DNA of 64,000 bases from an uncultured virus (IMG/VR IMGVR_UViG_3300029985_000038) (IMGVR_UViG_3300029985_000038); one strand, 5' to 3'; counted from the first letter of the stretch, positions 40,437 through 50,188 are shown. Notes: generated by a model from the letters alone, not told the origin. Program-made: numbers and translations.

Positions 40437-41057
40437 ATGAAATTTTTTACAGGAGATACGCATTTTAAAGAAGAGGGTGTAATTATTAGGTCAAACCGCC
40501 CATTTATTGATATTGAGGAACATGATAAGGTTTTAATTGCAAATTGGAATAGTGTAGTTACACCAAATGACGATGTTTATCATTTGGGGGACTTTGCCTA
40601 TAATCCATTTTATAGAAATTCTAGTAAAGATACCGAAGATAAAGCTTATGAAACTTTTGCTGCGATTTTAGAACAGCTTAATGGGAGAATTCACTGGATC
40701 TATGGAAATCACGATCCAATTAAAAAGAAAAACTTAATGAGTGCTTTGAAGCAATATTTTGTTTGGACTGGAACACAATTAGAGATTAGCATTAGAGATG
40801 AAGATTTAGAAAGGAAAAATCAAAAAATTGTTTTACACCATTGCCCTTGGGAAGATTGGTATAATAAAGAAAGTTCATCATGGCAGCTTCATGCTCACAC
40901 TCATAACAAGTTACCAGATCGTCCTGATCTTTTAAGAATTGATGTTGGTGTGGATTGTCATAATTATACTCCTGTTTCTTATGAACAATTAAAAGAAAAA
41001 ATGAGTTATAAAACTTTTATTCCTCCTAAAAATAGGATGTTAAAAGCTACCAATTAA
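40437..41057 (+). CDS. Calcineurin-like metallophosphoesterase
   Basis: DTH, GD, GNHD, HAH, DVGVD. Confidence 0.9.
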   Translation: MKFFTGDTHFKEEGVIIRSNRPFIDIEEHDKVLIANWNSVVTPNDDVYHLGDFAYNPFYRNSSKDTEDKAYETFAAILEQLNGRIHWIYGNHDPIKKKNLMSALKQYFVWTGTQLEISIRDEDLERKNQKIVLHHCPWEDWYNKESSSWQLHAHTHNKLPDRPDLLRIDVGVDCHNYTPVSYEQLKEKMSYKTFIPPKNRMLKATN

Positions 41058-41515
41058 ACACTGGTAGCTTTTTCTTTTAATAATTGTTCTAAGGTTTTTA
41101 CATATCTTTCATCTTTAAATGGCATTAATTCTTGTAATTTTTTAATGCCTTCGTCTAACGAAAAATGTTCTTTTGCATAGCGATATATTTCATGCCAAGG
41201 TTCGTGGATGGTTAAAATTTGATGTGGTGCAACATCATTAAATTGATAAACATCACTTTGTAAATTTTTAGGATTTTCCCAATATTCAACTACAGGCTTA
41301 ATCCAATTTGGGAAATTCGGACTAGACCAAATAGCCCTTGGATCGCCATATTTATAACTCTCTGATTTATCTAAACGTAATCCTTCATTTCTTAATGCAT
41401 CTAAATCGTCAGTTTTAGTATAATGGAATCTTCTTGACATTCCTTCTGGTATTGGTAAATTCCCAGGTTTATGAATTTCATTATTTGTTGAACTAATTAT
41501 TTTTCTATACCACAT
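41054..41515 (-). CDS. MWYRK-leader protein, possible ADP-ribosyltransferase-like fold
   Basis: FHYT......LRNEGL pattern. Confidence 0.5.
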   Translation of the reverse strand: MWYRKIISSTNNEIHKPGNLPIPEGMSRRFHYTKTDDLDALRNEGLRLDKSESYKYGDPRAIWSSPNFPNWIKPVVEYWENPKNLQSDVYQFNDVAPHQILTIHEPWHEIYRYAKEHFSLDEGIKKLQELMPFKDERYVKTLEQLLKEKATSV

Positions 41516-41591
41516 ATTTAAAATTTCGTGTATTTTGAATAATTACCTTTAAACTTATTTGATCATTTTCTATTGACTTCTATAACAGGGA

Positions 41592-41963
41592 GTGGTTATA
41601 ATGAATGAGATGAATACAAAAACAATTATCGTAATTGTGTTAGGTCTATTTCTTGCTGGTGGTTTATTCTATGGATTAACTTTAGCTGGTTATGGTTTTA
41701 GCACAAAAGTCGTTGCACCACTTGAGGGAAACTTAGCTCAAGCAAATGCGGAAGCACAAAATAAAGCTTTCAAATCTTCTATCCCCTATATTGAATCTCG
41801 TAATACGCGAATTTCTCAATATATTTACCAATACAAAAACTCAAAAGACGAAGTTGCTAAAGCAGGGATTTTATCAGAAATCAATGATATAGCAAATGAA
41901 GTTTTAGATAAATCTAAACTATCGTCTAGTAATCAATCGTTTTTACAGGAGCATGGATTATGA
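41592..41963 (+). CDS. Membrane-anchored protein
   Basis: N-terminal hydrophobic helix. Confidence 0.7.
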   Translation: MVIMNEMNTKTIIVIVLGLFLAGGLFYGLTLAGYGFSTKVVAPLEGNLAQANAEAQNKAFKSSIPYIESRNTRISQYIYQYKNSKDEVAKAGILSEINDIANEVLDKSKLSSSNQSFLQEHGL

Positions 41964-42508
41964 AAACAACATTATGGTTATTACCACTCATTATTGTCGT
42001 AATTGGCTGTGCGCAGAATCCAACTGTTAACGAAAAAGAATCTGTTGCACAAGATGTTATTCAACAAAATCTTAATTCAAAAGTTGGTGGAGCGCCAAAC
42101 ATTACAAATGGTACAGATAAATTAACTGTAAAGAAAATTTATGAAAAGCGTGATCAAGCTAATTTAATCACGTATGTTTATTCTGAAGATATGGTGGGTA
42201 TTCTTCATTTTAGGTTTAGAGCCAAAGGTTACCCTACTTGTTTAGCAACACAATGGTCCGCTCCTACAAAATGGACTTATGGTGGTTCCACTCGTGGTTA
42301 CTATCAAGAACCCCAGGCTGAGCCTAATGGTATTTATCCTCCAGCTACATCAGAAGGTGATTATATTCTTGCTATTGATGAAAACAACCCAAGTGTTGAT
42401 CATTTAGTGTTTTTTGAACCACGATGGGTTGTTTATGATTATCCTGTATCATATTTAAATCAAACTCCATTAATTGTTGATGGAAAGACGCTAATTTCAG
42501 GAAAATAA
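41960..42508 (+). CDS. Lipoprotein
   Basis: Signal peptide with VIGC lipobox. Confidence 0.75.
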   Translation: MKTTLWLLPLIIVVIGCAQNPTVNEKESVAQDVIQQNLNSKVGGAPNITNGTDKLTVKKIYEKRDQANLITYVYSEDMVGILHFRFRAKGYPTCLATQWSAPTKWTYGGSTRGYYQEPQAEPNGIYPPATSEGDYILAIDENNPSVDHLVFFEPRWVVYDYPVSYLNQTPLIVDGKTLISGK

Positions 42509-42523
42509 GGGTATAATAAGAAC

Positions 42524-42586
42524 ATGAAAGTAAGAGTAATGGTTATGGTAGTGGAAATGGAGGAACGTGAAGTAGAGACTTCATGA
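42524..42586 (+). CDS. Leader peptide MKVRVMVMVVEMEEREVETS (putative attenuator of tRNA cluster 1)
   Basis: TATAAT 42512-42517, ATG 6 nt later; 15 of 20 codons are Val/Met/Glu. Confidence 0.8.
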   Translation: MKVRVMVMVVEMEEREVETS

Positions 42587-42612
42587 CCATCTAGCTTTTA
42601 GAAATGCTCTTA

Positions 42613-42653
42613 AAGAACCCAGATGGTAAGAACTATCTGGGTTCTTGTTGTTT
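42613..42653 (+). terminator. Terminator with competing antiterminator
   Basis: AAGAACCCAGATGGT / ACTATCTGGGTTCTT; ACCATCT (42586-42592) is complementary to AGATGGT (42621-42627). Confidence 0.8.
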
Positions 42654-42656
42654 ATT

Positions 42657-42905
42657 ATGAAAAAAGATAAAAGTAAAATAAAGGAATGGTTGAGTTTCGC
42701 AAGAGAACAAAAGAAAAGTCATCTTTTAATTATTGAACAAACGTATAAAGGAATTAAAATTCCAGTATACATCAATAGAAAAGAAGATTTAGAAAAAACC
42801 ATTAATGATTACTCTAGTCTTAGTAAGGTAAATATTTTGGAAATATATAATACAAATTTAGATCCAAATATACAATTAAATAGCGTTAAGAATTGGGAAA
42901 AATAA
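42657..42905 (+). CDS. Hypothetical protein at head of tRNA cluster 1
   Basis: ORF track, ATG after terminator. Confidence 0.6.
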   Translation: MKKDKSKIKEWLSFAREQKKSHLLIIEQTYKGIKIPVYINRKEDLEKTINDYSSLSKVNILEIYNTNLDPNIQLNSVKNWEK

Positions 42906-42932
42906 AAAACTTTTGAAAATTAAATAATATTA

Positions 42933-43006
42933 CCTCGGTTGGCGCAATTTGGTAGCGCAACTCATTTACATTGAGAAGGTTGTAAGTTCAAATCTTACAC
43001 TGAGGA
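42933..43006 (+). tRNA. tRNA-Val(TAC)
   Basis: CCTCGGT/ACTGAGG acceptor; loop TTTACAT; GTAAG-TTCAAAT-CTTAC. Confidence 0.85.
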
Positions 43007-43016
43007 CGAGAAATAT

Positions 43017-43093
43017 GGCGGCATAGATTAGTGGCTTAAATCGCTTCGTTCTCACCGAAGAAATCACGGATTCGAATTCCGTTGTCGCTACCA
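43017..43093 (+). tRNA. tRNA-Glu(CTC), encoded CCA
   Basis: GGCGGCA/TGTCGCT; CTTCG-TTCTCAC-CGAAG. Confidence 0.9.
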
Positions 43094-43113
43094 CGAGAAA
43101 TACGAGATAAAAT

Positions 43114-43202
43114 GGCGGTGTCTTCCAAGGGTAGGAAACCGGACTTTCTAAGGCAAAGGCTTTAGAAATCCGTAAATCGGAGTTCAATTCTCCGCATCGC
43201 TA
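43114..43202 (+). tRNA. tRNA with 25-nt anticodon loop (18-nt insertion); Glu(TTC) if removed 3' of the anticodon
   Basis: Normal acceptor, D and T arms; loop 43144-43168 holds a 10-bp hairpin. Confidence 0.7.
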
Positions 43203-43231
43203 CGAGAGGTATAGGAGGTATAGGAGGAAAC

Positions 43232-43429
43232 ATGAAACGTACAATTAAGTTATTTTACAACGATAAAGTAGTTGGCACTATTTATGCAGACAAAGATGAA
43301 CCTTGGAACTCTATTCAAATGAGAGGATTCCAAAAGTTACAAATGGATGCAATTAGTCCCAATAGTAGATTATTCGCCGTCAAGCTTCAACGAGATAAAT
43401 TGAAGTGCGTGGAACAGGCAGTCGCGTAA
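43232..43429 (+). CDS. Hypothetical protein within tRNA cluster
   Basis: AGGAGG SD. Confidence 0.65.
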   Translation: MKRTIKLFYNDKVVGTIYADKDEPWNSIQMRGFQKLQMDAISPNSRLFAVKLQRDKLKCVEQAVA

Positions 43430-43439
43430 TTGCCAAAAT

Positions 43440-43517
43440 ACAACAACATAGTTTAATTAAAACACCTGGTCGTCTTGGACTGGGAGAGTGCAGATTTGGA
43501 TTCTGGCTGTTGTTGTA
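43440..43517 (+). pseudogene. Degenerate tRNA-like element
   Basis: ACAACAACA/TGTTGTTGT closing stem, D-, anticodon- and T-like arms, CGAGA trailer. Confidence 0.5.
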
Positions 43518-43701
43518 CGAGAAAAACATGAATATAAAATCAGATAATCGTAAAATAAAAAGAAAATCATTAAAAGAAACAAGATGTATGGATTGTAAAA
43601 AAACCTTGGGTTTATGAAGGTTTAGATGATAGAAATTAAATAGAGTTAACTTTCGCAGAAGAAGACGCTTTCAATTAGTCCTAATGCGAAACGAGATGTA
43701 C

Positions 43702-43770
43702 GGCTAGTGCCTGGGGTAAGGGCTGGTTTTTCATAAGAATCGGAAATGGGTTCGAATCCCATACTAGCTA
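43702..43770 (+). tRNA. Compact tRNA with CAT anticodon (Met or Ile2)
   Basis: GGCTAGT/ACTAGCT; loop TTCATAA; ATGGG-TTCGAAT-CCCAT. Confidence 0.75.
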
Positions 43771-43983
43771 CGAGAATTTATAGTTTCCAGTAACAGCAAG
43801 CCATTATCAAACTCTCTGTGACAGTTTGGGCATAGATATATTAAATTATTTATATCGTTTATTTCACTTAATTTGATGTCATTAGAAAAATCCTTTACTG
43901 CTTTAATATGACAAGTGTCAACAAATTTATTATAACTACAATTTTTACAAGGCTTACCACGATCTAGATATTAATCCGTAATA

Positions 43984-44808
43984 TCAAACCCAAACTTTAT
44001 GGATATTATTTGGGTTTAAATACATTCCCGTATTCATAAAGGCAGTAATAACAAATCTTAATTTGTGATCCACTATTTCGTTTGTTAGATAAAAATTTCC
44101 TAAACCAAATGAATACATTTTCCCTGAATTATTATGGAATAGTAATGGCATATTTTTTTCTACCATTGTTGTACTAACCATAATTTTAGTTTTATGGAAT
44201 GTTCCGTAAATTTGAGTTTTAAGAATATCCACTTGATCTTCATTAACAATAAAATCTTTTCTAACATCTGATCTTTTATAATGCATGAAATCTTTGCCAG
44301 TTTGTCCATTTGGAAATTTAAAATTTCCATAATCTTTTGGATGTAAGACTAAATATCCTTCCATACTTTTTGAAATTTCTTCTAATTCTTCCCAACCAGT
44401 TAAGGGTGTTATTAACTTATAGTGATTTACTATAGATAGTTTTATTTTAGTTTGTAATTGTCTATCTAACGAATCCCTAATTTTTATTATTAATCTTTCG
44501 TTTAGGTATTCTCTATGTTTAGAGTTGTTTTGTTTGAAAATTTCATCCAAATAGACATGACATTCTAATGGAATTTTTGCTATGAAAATTTCACTACCTT
44601 CAACTAATGGGGCATTATCAATTAATGGCATTATGTATTTATCGTTTTCTGATTTTTTAACTCTTAGAATTTCTTCGTTAGTGTGAGGTTCGTTGTTAAA
44701 TAATTTATAAACCCAGTTGGTGTCGATAATTTCCTGAAAAAATGGATCAGTTTTTTCGTGGGCGATAGGCTTAAAAGCCCATAGAATTTCTTCTGTTATA
44801 TTAATCAT
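43984..44808 (-). CDS. Hypothetical protein, possible divergent major-capsid-protein paralog
   Basis: LHPKDY...ILKTQIYGTF....IMVS resembles HK97-fold A-domain pattern. Confidence 0.4.
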   Translation of the reverse strand: MINITEEILWAFKPIAHEKTDPFFQEIIDTNWVYKLFNNEPHTNEEILRVKKSENDKYIMPLIDNAPLVEGSEIFIAKIPLECHVYLDEIFKQNNSKHREYLNERLIIKIRDSLDRQLQTKIKLSIVNHYKLITPLTGWEELEEISKSMEGYLVLHPKDYGNFKFPNGQTGKDFMHYKRSDVRKDFIVNEDQVDILKTQIYGTFHKTKIMVSTTMVEKNMPLLFHNNSGKMYSFGLGNFYLTNEIVDHKLRFVITAFMNTGMYLNPNNIHKVWV

Positions 44809-44911
44809 ATATTTTCCTTGGTTCATCACCAAATGAAACTTCATCAGTTTCAAGGTTAGTATAATTAAAATCATACTTGATAATCCAAAATTATGGTATA
44901 CTTCCTTCATT

Positions 44912-45298
44912 ATGGGACATTGGAGTGAAGAACCTTACGATAATGATGGCGCAATGGATTTATTGCCAGATTATCACTATGCTATTTTTAAAGCTATTAA
45001 GCAACAAGTTGACAAATGGGATTTAACAGACTTAAATCGTTTCCCATATGATGCAATCAGATGTACAGCACAATACATCATTGATTATTTAGAAGTGTTT
45101 TCCGTAGATACTGACGATGCCTATTTGGTGTGCGTAAAGATACTTGAAGCGTTAAATATCATTGATAATTCTACTTATTTTGAATGTTGGCGCGATCCAG
45201 TAGCTTTTCGTACCTCATTAGAGGGTATGATTGTTAGAATGAAAGATATTGAATCGAAACAAAAAGAAGTATATGATTTGTTTAGTGGTGATGAATAA
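44912..45298 (+). CDS. DUF4259-like protein
   Basis: MGHW....YDNDGAMD start. Confidence 0.6.
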   Translation: MGHWSEEPYDNDGAMDLLPDYHYAIFKAIKQQVDKWDLTDLNRFPYDAIRCTAQYIIDYLEVFSVDTDDAYLVCVKILEALNIIDNSTYFECWRDPVAFRTSLEGMIVRMKDIESKQKEVYDLFSGDE

Positions 45299-45873
45299 TG
45301 GCTAAAATTTTAGAAACATCTTTAGAAACACAGGTGCGTATGGCAGAAGCTTTGCGTCAACTGTTGTCGTTGTTGGATTTTAGACCAGAATTCGGACCAA
45401 ATAAAAAGAGTTTTAAGGATACGGACTTCCAAAATGAAGATGGTACACCTTGTGAACTTTTTGATGGATGGATTAGCACCTTTTTATACAAGGAAGATAG
45501 TCGGAGTGTTACGGGTAAAATTGAATGTCTCAGGCGCACATTGGAAGGTGCGGAAACTGGAGAGATTTTAGTTGATTATCTTAATGTCTGTGATCAAGTA
45601 ATGAAAAAATCTTGGAATATTGAAAGTAAGTTTAAAAAGCTATCTAGTCTTATCAATACTCCAGAAAACGAAAGCACATACATCAAAGATGAAGTAAGAC
45701 GACAAGAAACAATTAATAAGAGTATTCAGTATACTCTTAAAGAACTTGAGCAAGATTTATCTGAATTCAATGACTTTAAGTATAAAGCTACACAATGTCG
45801 CAATAAACTTAGAGACGTAAAATTAGTTGAAGAAGTCAACGGTGTACAAACAGATAAAAGGGAATGGGAATGA
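45298..45873 (+). CDS. Hypothetical protein
   Basis: Coupled TAATG start. Confidence 0.7.
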   Translation: MAKILETSLETQVRMAEALRQLLSLLDFRPEFGPNKKSFKDTDFQNEDGTPCELFDGWISTFLYKEDSRSVTGKIECLRRTLEGAETGEILVDYLNVCDQVMKKSWNIESKFKKLSSLINTPENESTYIKDEVRRQETINKSIQYTLKELEQDLSEFNDFKYKATQCRNKLRDVKLVEEVNGVQTDKREWE

Positions 45874-46384
45874 CATGGGTATGAAATTATTAAATGACGT
45901 AGAAACTTTTCGTGCTAATATTGAGGCTAAGGGCGCGGTGTCTGTTTTTGATTCATTGGTGTCAGACTATCGTTCAGAAAAGGCGGGTATTGAATCTCAG
46001 ATAAAGAGAGAATATAAATGGGATAGGTCTGGATTTTTAGCCAAGATTTCAGGTTGGATTATTGCGGGTATTTTAACTGCTAGTATTGTTGTTTTTTGGA
46101 GCTATATTGGGTTATCTAATGCTCAACTAAATCAAGATCAATATTATTTCAATATTCAAAAAAAAGAATTTGCCAATTATCAAGACTCTGAAAACAGTAA
46201 ATTTGCGATATATAAAAATAGCGAAATGAATCGTATTCATAATATAGAAATTGAAATGAAGAAATCCAATGATGATACAGTGCTAAAAGAACAGGCTTAT
46301 ACTGAAAAAATGCGCAGAATGCTTATTGCGCACGGTATTGATCCAGATCCTAATTGGCGTTCTGGTTCACCAATACAAAAATAA
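45827..46384 (+). CDS. Membrane protein
   Basis: One TM helix; start uncertain. Confidence 0.65.
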   Translation: MKKSTVYKQIKGNGNDMGMKLLNDVETFRANIEAKGAVSVFDSLVSDYRSEKAGIESQIKREYKWDRSGFLAKISGWIIAGILTASIVVFWSYIGLSNAQLNQDQYYFNIQKKEFANYQDSENSKFAIYKNSEMNRIHNIEIEMKKSNDDTVLKEQAYTEKMRRMLIAHGIDPDPNWRSGSPIQK

Positions 46385-46604
46385 TAATGTATAACAGCTA
46401 TATGAGTTTCAGTTTAGACGAAGATTCAATAAAGCCAATTAAAGTATTAGACAGTTATTTGACAAACATTGCCAAAACACCAGCCGATAATCCACTTGTT
46501 ATAGCAGTAAAAGCCGCTATAACAAGTGAATCTGCATCAGACATAGACAATGTGTGGTATTATTTATATGAAGAAGAAGAAGACTTAGGATTCAAATTCG
46601 ACAT

Positions 46605-46895
46605 ATGGGTAATGAAAAATTATGGACAATAATATTCCGCATTAAATTATTAGATTTTGTAAATAAAAACATTGACGATATTGATACAATTGTTGTTCAT
46701 TGTCATGCGGGATGCTCTAGATCAGCAGGTTTAGCATGTATTTTATCGAAAATCTATAATAATCAAGAGAGTTGGTTTTGGGAAAACCCAGAATTAAGAT
46801 GTAATACTCTAGTTTACAAAGTAACCTTAGAGTATTTTAACGAAACTGTAGACAAAGATAAACGTCTACAAACAGTATTGGAGGAAGATGTATGA
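46605..46895 (+). CDS. Protein-tyrosine-phosphatase-like protein, apparently N-truncated
   Basis: HCHAGCSRSAG (CX5R). Confidence 0.65.
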   Translation: MGNEKLWTIIFRIKLLDFVNKNIDDIDTIVVHCHAGCSRSAGLACILSKIYNNQESWFWENPELRCNTLVYKVTLEYFNETVDKDKRLQTVLEEDV

Positions 46896-47179
46896 AAAAA
46901 AGTTTATTATTAATTCTAGCAAGTTTGATGTTGGTATCTATGTCGTTTGCGCAAGATGGCAAAATCATCAGGCGTATTAAAATTCGTAGCGCAGATCCAT
47001 ATTTTATCGCTATGATGTTGGCTGGTCGTCAAAATTACAATTTAGCACCAGAAACCTCTACTATTCTAAAAACTAATTTAGGTGGTGGAAGATCAGGAGG
47101 ATCAGGTAGTTTCGGTGGTTTCGGATCAGGTTCAGGATCAGGTGGTTTTGGTAGCGGTGGTCGCGGCAACGGTGGTTAA
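46892..47179 (+). CDS. Secreted small protein with Gly-rich tail
   Basis: Signal peptide ending SFA; GGFGSG repeats. Confidence 0.75.
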   Translation: MKKSLLLILASLMLVSMSFAQDGKIIRRIKIRSADPYFIAMMLAGRQNYNLAPETSTILKTNLGGGRSGGSGSFGGFGSGSGSGGFGSGGRGNGG

Positions 47180-47206
47180 TTTTAATGGCACTATTTGATA
47201 GTGCCA

Positions 47207-47539
47207 TTAAAATAGTTTTTGAACCGTGAAAGACCCTCTTTGTGTGATTGATAAATCGCCAGAAGCATTGAATAAAAATTTATATTGTCCAGCTACTGTT
47301 GTAAGCCAATCTATATAGTAGGTTCCTGTAATATTTAAGTTATTTCCATCGTTGCAATAGTGTAATACTCCAATACCGTCTGGTTCAGGGGTTGTATATG
47401 TGACGACAGTTGGGGATGTAGCACCAGGAATTAGCATGGTGAATGTTAATGTGGCTGGATTATAAGGAACCCCACAGTCTGTTGTTATTACACATTCTAA
47501 GCGAATTGTAGTTCCACTTTCAAAAACATTTGTTATCAT
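47207..47539 (-). CDS. Probable virion protein (Ig-like/baseplate-upper-like)
   Basis: TGTYY...AGQY.F pattern; structural operon context. Confidence 0.55.
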   Translation of the reverse strand: MITNVFESGTTIRLECVITTDCGVPYNPATLTFTMLIPGATSPTVVTYTTPEPDGIGVLHYCNDGNNLNITGTYYIDWLTTVAGQYKFLFNASGDLSITQRGSFTVQKLF

Positions 47540-47578
47540 GGTGTATCTATTATTTAATAAAAACTATGATTAAAACCT

Positions 47579-49549
47579 TTAACTAGTGATATTAATTGTC
47601 ATATTTGATCTTGGGCTAATACTTATTTCCATGTTATATGCAATATTACTAATTGACATATTTGATCTTGGAGATACCGTGGCGTACATCTTACCACTTA
47701 AAACATTAAATGTAAACATAGGTTTATAAATAAAGGCTATACTTTTAATGCCAATAGGCAAAACAGTTTGTGGTGTTTCTAAAACTGGATAACCAAAAGC
47801 TATTACACTGTTAATGCCATTTGGTGATAATTGTGCAGAAGGTAAACCGAGAGAGGCGAATCCAAAAGCAATATTCGAAGAAATACCACTTGTATTAGTT
47901 GTTATGTTACCAGATACTGTTGATGTACCAAAAGCAATATGTGAATTTAGTCCTAATGGACTAATTATTACTTCTCCTGCTTGTAAAATTTGTGATCCAA
48001 AAGCTATATGTGAAGCTAAACCAGCTACAGACAAGACGCTAGAAGATATTATGGTGTTGTTACCAAAAGCCATGTGTGAAGCAATGCCTGACACACTTAA
48101 AGTGAAATTACTTGGCACCATTGATGGTAAACCAAAAGCTATGTTTGATGGAATACCTGAAACTCCAAAAGTAGTACTTCCTCCAGCTATTGAGTGTACT
48201 CCAAAAGCGATATGAGAAGCCAATCCTGTTAAGTTTAATGTTGTGGAACTAGATAGCGTATGCGCTCCGAAAGCTATATGCGAGGTTAATCCACTAGGAT
48301 TGATTATAACTACTCCAGGGGTCAACACATGTGATCCAAAAGCGATATGAGAAGCTAATCCACTTGGACTTACTGTGGCTGTTCCAGGGGTTAGTGTGTG
48401 TGATCCAAAAGCGATATGTGAAGCTAACCCTGTTACTGTAATTGTTTTAACACTAGATAATGTATGTGATCCAAAAGCAATATGAGAAGCTAATCCACTT
48501 GGACTAATGTTTACTGTTCCAGGGGTTAATGTATGTGATCCAAAAGCAATTTTAGAAGCAATACCTACAGGGAAAACACTTGCTGTTCCAGGGGTTAATG
48601 TATGTGATCCAAAAGCTATATGTGAAGTTAAACCGCTTGGACTAATGTTTACTGTTCCAGGGGTCAACGTAGGCGCACCAAATGCTATATGAGAAGTTAA
48701 TCCACTTGGACTAATGTTTACTGTTCCAGGGGTTAATGTATGTGATCCAAAAGCTATATGAGAAGTTAACCCATTAGGGCTAACTGTAACTGTTCCAGGC
48801 GTTAAAGTGTCTGAACCAAAAGCAATTCCTGAAGCAATTCCACCTGGGCTGAGTGTTATTGTGACTATTCCTGGTAAAAATGATACGATGATAGATTGAC
48901 AGTAGAAACTACTTGAAAAACTTGCACTAAATCCTTGACTGCTAGAATAAGATCCTGTTGAACTTTCATTTGCATAAGCAAATTGGCTTAAAGAATTAAC
49001 AGATCCTGCACTAGATTCTGTATTAATAGATGTAAACGAATTAACAGGTGAACCACTATAATTTTGTGGAGATCCTTGATAAATATTATTCATGAACGCT
49101 ACAACAAGTTCATTGTTATTGTTAACGCCAACACTGCTTGTGGTACATGTTGCTGAAGTTCCACTTTGAAGACTTTGATTATTAGATACATAAGCATCAA
49201 CAACGGTACTTGTATCTACACCAGAAAATTCTGCAATTTGAGCCTGAATAGATTGACCAGAAGAACCTCCACTGCCAAAATTAACAGCGACGTTAGTTCC
49301 TGCTGATGCCCCAACAATTCCATAATATAAATATATTGTATATGATACAGAATAATTACTTATCTGAGATGTAATTAGTGTCCAAGTAACATTTGTTTGG
49401 GTAATAGATGGAACACCAGCGGCAGTTGGACCAATAACGCCCATAACCATAACGTTTCCATTGGTTGGGGCTGATACAGTTAAGTTTAATGTGAAGGCAC
49501 CAATGCCAATTGTACCATTATTCTTAGCATTATTAACAAGTGTAGCCAT
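47579..49549 (-). CDS. Virion protein with tandem ~23-aa repeats (GL.SHIAFGSHTLTPGTV.ISP)
   Basis: Repeats visible in protein and as ~69-bp DNA units. Confidence 0.8.
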   Translation of the reverse strand: MATLVNNAKNNGTIGIGAFTLNLTVSAPTNGNVMVMGVIGPTAAGVPSITQTNVTWTLITSQISNYSVSYTIYLYYGIVGASAGTNVAVNFGSGGSSGQSIQAQIAEFSGVDTSTVVDAYVSNNQSLQSGTSATCTTSSVGVNNNNELVVAFMNNIYQGSPQNYSGSPVNSFTSINTESSAGSVNSLSQFAYANESSTGSYSSSQGFSASFSSSFYCQSIIVSFLPGIVTITLSPGGIASGIAFGSDTLTPGTVTVSPNGLTSHIAFGSHTLTPGTVNISPSGLTSHIAFGAPTLTPGTVNISPSGLTSHIAFGSHTLTPGTASVFPVGIASKIAFGSHTLTPGTVNISPSGLASHIAFGSHTLSSVKTITVTGLASHIAFGSHTLTPGTATVSPSGLASHIAFGSHVLTPGVVIINPSGLTSHIAFGAHTLSSSTTLNLTGLASHIAFGVHSIAGGSTTFGVSGIPSNIAFGLPSMVPSNFTLSVSGIASHMAFGNNTIISSSVLSVAGLASHIAFGSQILQAGEVIISPLGLNSHIAFGTSTVSGNITTNTSGISSNIAFGFASLGLPSAQLSPNGINSVIAFGYPVLETPQTVLPIGIKSIAFIYKPMFTFNVLSGKMYATVSPRSNMSISNIAYNMEISISPRSNMTINITS

Positions 49550-49605
49550 AATTATTGTGTCCTAATATAAGATTCAATAATTATGGCTATATAACCTATA
49601 AAAAA

Positions 49606-49872
49606 TTATAGTGTTGTTACGGCTTCTTCTGAATGTATTCCTCCTGCAACAAGTGTTTGTGCTTCAGGTAGGGATTTTGTTAAAATTTTATGTAGAGTAG
49701 CAATTTCTTCAGGTGATAAGTCTTTTATTTTATCTTTTAGATCATTTTCATGAATTTTTGCATCATAGGCACTGACTACATCAGTTAATTCGGTACGTAA
49801 TGTAGCGATTTGTTGTTGTAGTTCAAGGCGTCTTGCTTGTAATTGTTCGGTTGTTAATTCAGTGTAATTCAT
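49606..49872 (-). CDS. Small coiled-coil protein
   Basis: ORF track. Confidence 0.65.
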   Translation of the reverse strand: MNYTELTTEQLQARRLELQQQIATLRTELTDVVSAYDAKIHENDLKDKIKDLSPEEIATLHKILTKSLPEAQTLVAGGIHSEEAVTTL

Positions 49873-49873
49873 T

Positions 49874-50188
49874 TTAATAATTTCCTATAATACTTTTTAT
49901 AATATCTTCTTGAATATCCTTTGATAAGTTATTAAAACTTATACATGATCTAGCTCTGCTTACTGCCTCTTCTAATAAATCTCTTACTCTTGATCCTACT
50001 GGATCTTTTTTAGATTTATTGTGAATTACCCATAATTCTAGATTTTCTATTCTATTATCGTCTCTAATACCGTTTTTATGATAAATTCTTTCATCTTTAT
50101 GTAACTGTCTTTGAAGATATTGCTCCATTATATAACGATGTTCTTGTACCCATTGTTGAGATTTTAAACCATTATTTTTATTATACAT
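49874..50188 (-). CDS. HNH endonuclease, short or degenerate
   Basis: EHRYIME...YHKNGIRDDNRIENLELW. Confidence 0.8.
   Translation of the reverse strand: MYNKNNGLKSQQWVQEHRYIMEQYLQRQLHKDERIYHKNGIRDDNRIENLELWVIHNKSKKDPVGSRVRDLLEEAVSRARSCISFNNLSKDIQEDIIKSIIGNY

Noticed and set aside
43144..43168. Suppressor tRNA or alternative genetic code
   Set aside because: A TTA anticodon needs one arbitrary splice choice; long genes read intact in the standard code and TAA, TAG and TGA all serve as stops
42966..43187. 73-aa minus-strand ORF
   Set aside because: Antisense to three tRNA genes
43405..43617. 70-aa ORF
   Set aside because: Overlaps a tRNA-like element and the previous gene; no start signal
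47814..48692. Plus-strand ORFs with repeats
   Set aside because: Antisense shadows of the repeat-containing virion gene
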